A stretch of 33,459 nt of DNA from contig CAZOYD010000040.1 of the NCBI GenBank assembly GCA_964583985.1, positions 1 to 33,459 on the forward strand, read 5' to 3'. Of this stretch, positions 1-6,950 are shown piece by piece. The stretch comes from an uncultured archaeon. Lineage in GTDB: Archaea; Asgardarchaeota; Lokiarchaeia; Sigyniarchaeales; SOKP01. The notes beneath the pieces were generated by a model that worked only from the letters and a program-made list of their open reading frames with translations, did not search any database and was not told where the DNA came from. Position numbers and translations under genes: made by a program. Each line of letters opens with the position of its first letter. The first letter of the stretch is position 1.

Positions 1-54
1 CCCCCGACCTCACGGTTATCAGCCGTGCGCTATACCAGGCTAAGCCACTCTCCC
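1..54 (-). tRNA. tRNA-Ile(GAT), 3' part cut off by window edge
   Basis: Reverse complement GGGAGAG-TG-GCTTAGCCTGGTATAGCG-CACGG-CT-GAT-AA-CCGTG-AGGTC-GGGGG: acceptor 5' strand, D arm, perfect anticodon stem with GAT, variable loop and start of the T stem. Confidence 0.93.
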
Positions 55-250
55 GGCTTTACAAATATTTTTTTTGTTTAAAATAGAAAATTATGCTAAT
101 TAAATATTAAAGCGTTAAAAAATTTTTTGAGAATCTCAGATTTCATCAATATTAATCTTTTAAAATATCCTATATTTTCTCCTTTCTCAGCATAAATTTA
201 ATTAATTTAATAAAAAAAAAAATAAAAGGAAAAGTTCATAACTTAGCAAT

Positions 251-370
251 TTAGGGGCCACCTTGACCATCAGCAGGATACCATGATGCTAAACTTACTC
301 GGACCACATTTAAAAAAGCAAGTATGCTAATAATAGAAGTGAGTATCATAAAACGCTTTTGTATATTCAT
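251..370 (-). CDS. Small secreted peptide precursor, copy 1 (39 aa): MNIQKRFMILTSIISILAFLNVVRVSLA|SWYPADGQGGP
   Basis: Hand translation, ATG(370) to TAA(251); GGAGG SD upstream; basic n-region, hydrophobic h-region, S-L-A cleavage motif; C-terminal GQGGP shared with the paralogues. Confidence 0.85.
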   Translation of the reverse strand: MNIQKRFMILTSIISILAFLNVVRVSLASWYPADGQGGP

Positions 371-419
371 TTTATTTATCCTCCAATCCATAGAATGGTA
401 TCATTATTAATCACTGGAA

Positions 420-427
420 TATTTAAA
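420..427 (-). promoter_or_regulatory. TATA box (TTTAAATA on minus strand) for peptide copy 1
   Basis: The same octamer lies 45-50 nt upstream of the ATG of all four intact copies (420-427, 852-859, 1112-1119, 1545-1552). Confidence 0.65.
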
Positions 428-479
428 GTCCTAAAAATTGAAATAATTATAAATACCGTTGAATTAAATTATAAGAATA

Positions 480-637
480 ATGCCCAACTTTCCTAATCTT
501 AACATCATCGAAGAAATTTCTAAAGCTTTTGACAGGATATAATTTAACAGCTGAGGTTTTTGAGAATCTTCTGAAAATCAAAAATTAGGAAAAAAATTGA
601 GATTATTACTCATCACAAAAATTACAATCTTCTTTAA
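480..637 (+). pseudogene. Decayed 5' remnant of a paralogue of the 1181-aa protein (MPNFPNLNIIEEISKAFDRI*, then frameshifted KIEIITHHKNYNLL*)
   Basis: ATG at 480 encodes MPNFP, identical to the first five residues of 1609..5154 (MPNFPDINKI...KIDFIIVEEDSTNL). The upstream intergenic DNA is also homologous. Stop at 540-542. The extension to ~637 is less certain. Confidence 0.7.
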
Positions 638-680
638 AATAAAAAGAAATAAAATAATTTATTAATCTCTATTCTACTAA

Positions 681-806
681 TTAAGGTCCACCGTGACCGC
701 CTGGAAAATTCTCGGCAAGTCCTATTGATGCACCCTGCAAAGTAGAAAGAAAGACGATTAATGACGTAAAAATTGTTAAAATTTTATATCCAAATCTCAT
801 TTTCAT
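681..806 (-). CDS. Small secreted peptide precursor, copy 2 (41 aa): MKMRFGYKILTIFTSLIVFLSTLQGASIGLA|ENFPGGHGGP
   Basis: Hand translation; GGAGGAGAG directly upstream of the ATG; signal-peptide layout with G-L-A; C-terminal GHGGP. Confidence 0.85.
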   Translation of the reverse strand: MKMRFGYKILTIFTSLIVFLSTLQGASIGLAENFPGGHGGP

Positions 807-851
807 CTCTCCTCCAAGATGGAGTAAAGTAAAAATGAGTTATACTCAAAG

Positions 852-859
852 TATTTAAA
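852..859 (-). promoter_or_regulatory. TATA box (TTTAAATA) for peptide copy 2
   Basis: Position conserved relative to the ATG (46 nt). Confidence 0.6.
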
Positions 860-950
860 CCAATAATAATGATAAAAAAAAGTAAAAAAAACCTAAAAAG
901 ATATTCATTGAAAAACGGGATATTTTTGCTAGTTGATGATTAATGGGAGA

Positions 951-1067
951 TTAGGGACCACCCTGGCCACCGGGCCACCATCCGTATGCTACAGAGAGCA
1001 TGAAAAAGGAGAAAGTTATTATCAATACTAGCATCATCGTGAAGCAAAATTTTTTAATCACTCGCAT
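951..1067 (-). CDS. Small secreted peptide precursor, copy 3 (38 aa): MRVIKKFCFTMMLVLIITFSFFMLSVA|YGWWPGGQGGP
   Basis: C-terminal part of ORF-track 951..1199. The likely start is ATG 1067, preceded by AAGGTGG. Hydrophobic h-region; S-V-A or A-Y-G cleavage site; GQGGP end. Confidence 0.85.
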   Translation of the reverse strand: MRVIKKFCFTMMLVLIITFSFFMLSVAYGWWPGGQGGP

Positions 1068-1111
1068 CCACCTTTTTATTATTTTTAGGAGATTCTTTAT
1101 GAATAGAGGAT

Positions 1112-1119
1112 TATTTAAA
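1112..1119 (-). promoter_or_regulatory. TATA box (TTTAAATA) for peptide copy 3
   Basis: Position conserved relative to the ATG (45 nt). Confidence 0.6.
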
Positions 1120-1163
1120 TTACTCTTTTTTGTAAAAAAAACTCTTAAACTTAATCCTTTTAA

Positions 1164-1284
1164 TTGAGACCTACCGTGACCATCTGGAAAATTCGGCAAA
1201 TTCTATCTACGTAACTTGCAAAATAGAATGAAATCCGATTAAAGACATAAAAATTGTTAAAATTTTAACGAGAGTACAATTCAG
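1164..1284 (-). pseudogene. Pseudogenised peptide precursor, copy 4 (paralogue of copy 2)
   Basis: KILTIFMSLIGFHSILQVT*IEFA/NFPDGHGRSQ aligns with copy 2 KILTIFTSLIVFLSTLQGASIGLAENFPGGHGGP*. It has an internal TAG, a 2-nt deletion (GAGAAT to GAAT), TAA changed to CAA, and no ATG. Confidence 0.8.
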
Positions 1285-1378
1285 CCAAAGTTGTTGATGG
1301 AATGGGCATACAATCAATTTATAAAAATATAAAATAAAAGATAAAAAAAAATATTTTAAGCTAATTAATATAATTAAC

Positions 1379-1495
1379 TTAAGGACCACCTTGACCAATT
1401 GCCGGAGCCCAATCTGCCATAACTGCAGAACTTGCTAGCAATATTGATAGTGTTGTAACTATCATAGTCAATAATATGAGAATTTTAACCTTCAT
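1379..1495 (-). CDS. Small secreted peptide precursor, copy 5 (38 aa): MKVKILILLTMIVTTLSILLASSAVMA|DWAPAIGQGGP
   Basis: Hand translation, ATG(1495) to TAA(1379); clear Sec signal peptide with V-M-A; GQGGP end; divergent from the 1181-aa gene. Confidence 0.87.
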   Translation of the reverse strand: MKVKILILLTMIVTTLSILLASSAVMADWAPAIGQGGP

Positions 1496-1608
1496 TTTAC
1501 CTATTCCCTGGTTTATAAGTGTTCAGTATAATTCTAAATAGAGATATTTAAATTCCTATAAATTTGGAATAAAAGATTTATATTCAATTAAACAAAAATA
1601 GTATTGAT
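1496..1608. promoter_or_regulatory. Divergent promoter region between peptide copy 5 and the large regulator-like gene
   Basis: TTTAAATA (minus strand, 1545-1552). The block ATATTTAAATTCCTATAAATTTGGAATAA (1544-1572) resembles ATATTTAAAGTCCTAAAAATTGAAATAA (419-446). Confidence 0.6.
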
Positions 1609-4600
1609 ATGCCCAATTTTCCGGATATAAATAAGATTCACGGATTAATTGAAGATTTAGAAAAAATAAATTTGATTTCAAACGATTTGATTAGCCAATT
1701 TTATCTTTATTTAGGAGTTAAACCTCTGATTGATAAAATTGATTTTATAATTGTTGAGGAGGATAGTACTAATTTAAATTTCATCAATCTCGGCATATCA
1801 GTAGAGAATTATGATGATAATAATAATAGTGTATTGATTAAAATCTATAAAAATTTTACAAAATTTTTACCATTTATAGTTATAAGGGAAGTACTTAGAT
1901 GTTTCATAAATGAGGATTTTAGAAATAATAATTCATTAAATCTCATTATAAATCAAATTACAATTACATTCTTATCAAATCATAATCTTGTAAAAGAATG
2001 GAGATCTGTTATATTAGAAAGTATCCCTCAAAAAAAATTGGAACTTATTAATGAATTTAATAGATTAGAGTACTTGTATAGCAATATAAACCTCATAAAT
2101 GATCCTAATCCCACTCAATTCTTTTTTCAATATCTACATAAACATAAAAATTTGATTAACCAAGATGTTAAATCATTTAGTTTTATCTTTTTTAAAGATT
2201 TCAAAGAAAGTTTTTCAGAATCAACGTTTAATAATGAATTGGTAGAAACATTAAGAATTATAATAATTATTTTTTTAAGAGTTAAGAAACATCACGATTA
2301 TCTTCAATATAAAAATTTTTTTTTAGAGTTTAAGACTAAAAAAATCATTGAAACTGATCTAAGTCTTAGAAAATTCACACAAAATATGGATTGGATAAAA
2401 AATCATAGTTATATAACCCTTTCTTATCAAATTAATTGGCCTGCTCTTAATATCGCTGTTATAATTTTATATATAGAATTTAATCCTTTATTAAATAAAC
2501 TGAAACTACTTAAAATTCTTAAAGATGTTCCCTTTTTTATATCTCCTAAAATTTCAGTTATAAGTAATTCTGTTGATATAAGCGGTTATGTAGTAATTCC
2601 AAAGATTTATTTAGATGATTTTATTAATTTTCTAAATTCTTTAAAAGAAAACAATTACATTAGTAGCTTTAAAGTTTTATTAAGGCTTTCGCAAGACCAT
2701 TGTGTTAATTTGAATTACTTTAAAGAAGAATTTGGGAATAGAGGACTTATCAACTATAAACACTATAAATACCAAAAAAAAAATGAAATTGTAATACATC
2801 TTGAATGGAATGAGAAATATAAAAACCAAGATTTATCCCTGCTTGAATTTTTAATTCTTAACCGAGTTAGGATGTTTCTATTTAGTGGCTTAGGTTTTGA
2901 AAGAAGGGTTGATAATCTTAAAATTATAAAATCTGATATATTTAACGAAATTATAAAACAAAAAACTTTTATTAACAAATTAAAAGAAAATTTAAAAAAT
3001 ATTTACAAATCAGATAGTTTAAAGATTTTTGTCCTCCAAAAATTATATCAGGATCAGGATCTTGGATTCTTTTATGCAAAAAAGAAAATTCATAATTATT
3101 TAGACTTAATAAACAAGCTAGAGCCTCTGATTGAAGAAAATAGAATTGAAAATATCAATGACCTACAAAAATTTTTATCTCGTAATATTATCTCCTCATT
3201 AATTGAGGATAATCTTGTTATAGCTAAAACTAATATCCAAGATTATGTAATTAAAGAATTCTTCAGCGTGTACTTTGATTCAAAAAGAGAATTCTATCAA
3301 AAAGTTGCAAACTACAAAATTTATAATGAATTATTGGAGTTATCTTCTTTTTTGAAGATTTTTAGTCTAAATAATATAATTAAAATTGTTAATGATGAGA
3401 AATTGATTAACATTTTATTTCAGAATAAAGACAAAAAACTAAATGAAATCTATGAACAATATCAAGTTCAAGATTTAAATTCAGAGATGCTTGATAAAAT
3501 CTTAGCTGGTTTTATAGATTCAACGCCTCCTGTATTAACACCTCTTCTTATCAATACTATTATAACTAAAAAATTTGAAAAAGATTATTTTCAGTTAGTA
3601 TTATCAGATTCAGTCGATATACCGAAAAAATTGCAAAATCTTAGAAATTCCTTTCCAAGAACTCTAATAAACTATAATCAAAATTTGATTTCTTCTGAAA
3701 ATCTCTATAGTATAGAAATTTCAATGCCTTCATTAGACATAAAAGAGAAACACTTGTTTATTTCAATTATTTACAATATCTTTAAAAATAGTATAATTTA
3801 TATAAAAAATTATTTATGGAGTGGATTTATACTTGAATTTTTACTTAGAGATTTTTATGATTTTGAAGAAAAAAAGTTTTTTTACACAAAAGACCTATAT
3901 AAAGGATATTTAAAATTTGTATATAATCATTTTAAGAATAAATTAGGGGTGTCAAGAACTAAAAAGTTTAAGAATCAAAAGATTTTATGGACATGTGAAG
4001 ATAATTTTTTCGAGCTTGTAAAAATAGTAGGTAATAGAATAGCAAGAGAAAATAACGTCTATGATTCTTTTATATTGGAACAATTAAAATTCTTATTTTT
4101 AAATATTGAAAGTTTAATATGTATAACAGAAGAGTTTAAAGAAAAAAAGATAGAAATTTTTTTTCAGAATCATATAAAGGCCATTAAATTCATTCCTGTA
4201 TTCAAACGCTTTAATTTAAGTAGATTTATAACTTATTTCTATTCTAGTGATTTAAATCAGATCAATTTTAAATCCTTACTAGGAACTAACTTCTTAAAAA
4301 TAGAATATCCTGCATGCATCGATGATTCCATTCCATTCTTAGTAGACCATATTATTTCCTCCAATCAATTTAATAATTCGATATTAGATAATGTTTTAGC
4401 ACCAGAAAATAAAATTCGCGAGTATTGTGGATTTGTTGTAAAAAAGACTCATATTTTGTTTCATTTTGAAATGAATTTTACTCCGGAGGGTTGGGATTAC
4501 GATAGCGTAATATTTAAAGAGCACCTTGAAAACGTGCTTTTCAATAAAGAGTATCAGTTTAAAATTCCAAATTTAAAATCTTTCCAGTTTTCTGACAATG

Positions 4601-5154
4601 ATGAATTACCTCAATACGATCTTAATTCTCCAGAATTTCAAGATCTTTGCGAGATTTACAACTATCATTCCATCGATATCAAATCCTATATTGGAACTAA
4701 AAAGATTAAAACAGTAGAACGAATCCAAACCTTACTGAAGAAAGGATTAATATTCCCATACATAATCTTAAAGAATTTGGGATTCCAAGAAAGCCTTTAT
4801 CTCATCATCCCTGATCTAAATCAAGATTCCGTGAATACTCTCATTAAAATATTTGGATGGTTTAACTATGGATTTATCCATGAAATTGAAGGGAAGTATT
4901 TCATTTACGGATTTGATGAACCCGTAGAGTTCACTCATGGGTTAATGATGAAAATCTATTTTCCAAAGTGCGAATTGAGTGAATTCAAGCAACTATTTGA
5001 CATAGTGTTTGAATATTTGCAAGTTAAGCATTATCTCATTTTGAAGGATTTTGTAAATGGTGAAACGCTCGTTAAAAACATACATGAGGATCCTGATTTT
5101 TTTAAAACACATCATCCTTTACGAAATATTATAAATGATCATAAAGATGTTTAA
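1609..5154 (+). CDS. Large soluble hypothetical protein (1181 aa); putative transcription regulator with a degenerate zincin-like N-terminus and repeated Lrp/AsnC-like modules
   Basis: Long ORF with no obvious TM segment or signal peptide. FLPFIVIREVLRCF (RExxR where zincins have HExxH). Segments such as VERIQTLLKKGLIFPYIILKNLGFQESLYLIIP and ITLSYQINWPALNIAVIILYIEF resemble the Lrp/AsnC HTH-wing-to-RAM junction. Domain calls are by eye. Confidence 0.6.
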   Translation: MPNFPDINKIHGLIEDLEKINLISNDLISQFYLYLGVKPLIDKIDFIIVEEDSTNLNFINLGISVENYDDNNNSVLIKIYKNFTKFLPFIVIREVLRCFINEDFRNNNSLNLIINQITITFLSNHNLVKEWRSVILESIPQKKLELINEFNRLEYLYSNINLINDPNPTQFFFQYLHKHKNLINQDVKSFSFIFFKDFKESFSESTFNNELVETLRIIIIIFLRVKKHHDYLQYKNFFLEFKTKKIIETDLSLRKFTQNMDWIKNHSYITLSYQINWPALNIAVIILYIEFNPLLNKLKLLKILKDVPFFISPKISVISNSVDISGYVVIPKIYLDDFINFLNSLKENNYISSFKVLLRLSQDHCVNLNYFKEEFGNRGLINYKHYKYQKKNEIVIHLEWNEKYKNQDLSLLEFLILNRVRMFLFSGLGFERRVDNLKIIKSDIFNEIIKQKTFINKLKENLKNIYKSDSLKIFVLQKLYQDQDLGFFYAKKKIHNYLDLINKLEPLIEENRIENINDLQKFLSRNIISSLIEDNLVIAKTNIQDYVIKEFFSVYFDSKREFYQKVANYKIYNELLELSSFLKIFSLNNIIKIVNDEKLINILFQNKDKKLNEIYEQYQVQDLNSEMLDKILAGFIDSTPPVLTPLLINTIITKKFEKDYFQLVLSDSVDIPKKLQNLRNSFPRTLINYNQNLISSENLYSIEISMPSLDIKEKHLFISIIYNIFKNSIIYIKNYLWSGFILEFLLRDFYDFEEKKFFYTKDLYKGYLKFVYNHFKNKLGVSRTKKFKNQKILWTCEDNFFELVKIVGNRIARENNVYDSFILEQLKFLFLNIESLICITEEFKEKKIEIFFQNHIKAIKFIPVFKRFNLSRFITYFYSSDLNQINFKSLLGTNFLKIEYPACIDDSIPFLVDHIISSNQFNNSILDNVLAPENKIREYCGFVVKKTHILFHFEMNFTPEGWDYDSVIFKEHLENVLFNKEYQFKIPNLKSFQFSDNDELPQYDLNSPEFQDLCEIYNYHSIDIKSYIGTKKIKTVERIQTLLKKGLIFPYIILKNLGFQESLYLIIPDLNQDSVNTLIKIFGWFNYGFIHEIEGKYFIYGFDEPVEFTHGLMMKIYFPKCELSEFKQLFDIVFEYLQVKHYLILKDFVNGETLVKNIHEDPDFFKTHHPLRNIINDHKDV

Positions 5155-5500
5155 ATTAGGTTTTGGACAAAAATAATAAGTCAAGAATAAAAATCTCATC
5201 GGATATCATCATTGTAGTGAATTTTTGAAAGTTCTAATTCAAATATTAGTAGAGATCTAAATCTTTTATTTAATCTCTAGCAAATTTCCATCAGTTCCTG
5301 ATTTCCTCATTTCTCCGGGAGAAAATTTTTTGAGGGTGTATCACGGTTTCAACTTTCATATTTAAAGGGTTATTTTTTCTGAAAAAATCAGGTCACGATC
5401 GGTGTTTTTGGGAGCTCAACTCTGTAATTTTAAAACTATCAAAAACTTTATAAATGACACTCTGTCACTTATTAGAATTATGACAATAGAGGTGTTTATT

Positions 5501-5701
5501 TTGGAAGATAAAAATTATCGATGTCCGAGATGTCGGAGTAGGGAGAAAATTATTGATCATGAGAATTCAATATGGTGCATGAGTTGTGATCTGATATTTG
5601 ATAAGGTTGATTTAGAGATGTTTGATGAGGCGGATATTCTAGCGAGATCAGAAAAACAGGGCATAATAGGGGTTTTGCTTGGTGAGTTTCTAAAGGATTA
5701 A
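5501..5701 (+). CDS. Small zinc-ribbon protein (CPRC...CMSC), ~66 aa
   Basis: Two CxxC motifs. GAGGTG SD at 5489-5494 favours the TTG start at 5501 (alternative ATG 5480) over the ORF-track start at 5402. Confidence 0.7.
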   Translation: MEDKNYRCPRCRSREKIIDHENSIWCMSCDLIFDKVDLEMFDEADILARSEKQGIIGVLLGEFLKD

Positions 5702-5702
5702 C

Positions 5703-5733
5703 GTACTCAAGTGAGTACTGCTCTTTATTTTTT
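5703..5733 (+). terminator. Hairpin GTACTC-AAGT-GAGTAC followed by a T-rich tract
   Basis: Inverted repeat directly after the zinc-ribbon stop codon, then TCTTTATTTTTT. Confidence 0.4.
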
Positions 5734-5750
5734 CCCTAATTTTATGATTT

Positions 5751-5794
5751 TTAGAAGATCCTTAGAACATTCTTAGAAAAACCTAAGAAAAAAC
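5751..5794. repeat. Four 11-bp-phased direct repeats with core T[T/A]AGAA
   Basis: TTAGAA at 5751, 5762 and 5773; TAAGAA at 5784. Confidence 0.5.
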
Positions 5795-5925
5795 AGTTGT
5801 ATATATAGTTAGTTTTACTGATCATTTTGCTTTTTCTAGTCAAAAAGTTTAAAATTTGATAATTTAATTGAATGGTAAGAAGTAATTATTATCACAATAT
5901 TTGTATTTTACAAAGGTGTTCATAA

Positions 5926-6933
5926 ATCCCAGAATCAGAGGAATCTAAATCCAATTACGATTTTAACGATTGGAACGTTAAACAACTGAGAGAATTTGCC
6001 AGTAAGAATAACATAAAGGTACCCACGAAATCAAAGAAGGCAGAATTAATAAATATCTTAGAGCCTATAGTCAATCATCCTGAGTTTATTGACAGAACTC
6101 ACGATGTGATTCCTGATGAAGAATTGGAAGAAGAACTGGTTGCTGGTGAGGAATATGACCCTGCATTGTCTCAAAAGGATAAATTAGAATTAAAATTTTG
6201 GCAAAAACCTCCTTATTCAAGTCTTTTAGATCCTGAACTGGCGAAAGACTCTAACGTTGCGTTCTATGATTTATCATCGTTAGTAGATAAGTTTTTCAGT
6301 AACATGTTGTCAGAAGATCTGATTAATTACAAGATTTCTGGGATTGCACTAAAAACTTCGGCTCTTTTGCATCATTATAAAATATCAAGCATAATTAGAG
6401 AGGAAGAGGATATCCAAAAGAAAGAAGAACTCGAATTATTCCGGGAAAGGCACGGAAGATCCATCCCTAAGACATTATCCCAGCCCATTCAACCTAAAAT
6501 GTTGATTTCTACAAAAGAGGAACTATTTGATGCAATGAGATCAGCCATCATCGAGACCATGCAAAATAAAGAGAAATTAAAGAGACGTCGCATTCGCCGT
6601 GAAGAATTAAAACAGAACAAGATAATGGTACGATCAAAGGCTCAATTACCCAAGGAACTCTTGAGACATATAAGTGGGAGGGAACAATCCGTCGAAGAAT
6701 TACATGAATCGTGGTTTAATAGAATAAAAGCAAGAGTAGAATTTGATAATAAGGAAACATCTTTTTATGAGATTGCGAAGATTATTGTTGATGAGGAAAA
6801 AAGTGAGATTGGACGGAAATTTGCATTTGTTAGACTTTTTTTGGCATTAATGTTTCTTTCAACAGGAAATAAATTATACTTATCCCAAGATGAAGATTTT
6901 AAAGATTTTGCCATAGATCTCAAGAAAAGATAA
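5926..6933 (+). CDS. scpA: Segregation and condensation protein A (kleisin) with an N-terminal HeH/Rho-N-like module; probable ATC start
   Basis: C-terminal FVRLFLALMFLSTGNKLYLSQDEDFKDFAI kleisin winged helix; N-terminal kleisin helices (YDLSSLVDKF...INYKISGIAL); adjacent to scpB. The frame is open from ATC 5926 (after AAGGTG); the ORF track starts at 6106. Confidence 0.8.
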   Translation: MPESEESKSNYDFNDWNVKQLREFASKNNIKVPTKSKKAELINILEPIVNHPEFIDRTHDVIPDEELEEELVAGEEYDPALSQKDKLELKFWQKPPYSSLLDPELAKDSNVAFYDLSSLVDKFFSNMLSEDLINYKISGIALKTSALLHHYKISSIIREEEDIQKKEELELFRERHGRSIPKTLSQPIQPKMLISTKEELFDAMRSAIIETMQNKEKLKRRRIRREELKQNKIMVRSKAQLPKELLRHISGREQSVEELHESWFNRIKARVEFDNKETSFYEIAKIIVDEEKSEIGRKFAFVRLFLALMFLSTGNKLYLSQDEDFKDFAIDLKKR

Positions 6934-6950
6934 ATAAAAAACCCAGGTAA

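Noticed and set aside
951-1199. 82-aa ORF MPNFPDGHGRSQ... as one gene
   Set aside because: It is a chimera: the 3' end of pseudogene copy 4 read through its lost stop into copy 3. The TATA box and SD point to ATG 1067.
1207-1398. 63-aa minus-strand ORF
   Set aside because: It spans the end of copy 5 (out of frame), its terminator and the leader of the dead copy 4; not an independent gene.
251-1400. Recurrent GG(G/T/A)CCACC.TG(A/G)CC motif as a CRISPR array or DNA repeat
   Set aside because: Spacing is irregular (~210-430 nt) and variation falls at synonymous codon positions, so the repeat is at the peptide level (GQGGP).
251-1495. Peptides as RiPP precursors, ubiquitin-like GG tags or type I toxins
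   Set aside because: No modifying enzymes, peptidase-transporter or antisense RNA are evident; the GG is followed by Pro and there is no beta-grasp domain. An antimicrobial role is not excluded, but nothing here supports it.
5155-5420. Short palindromes (TTTCTCC-G-GGAGAAA, TTTTTTC-T-GAAAAAA) as a MITE or ncRNA
   Set aside because: No terminal inverted repeats, target-site duplication or second copy; low complexity.
1-5701. Integrative element at tRNA-Ile
   Set aside because: The locus lies on the 5' side of the tRNA, and no integrase or att duplication is seen.
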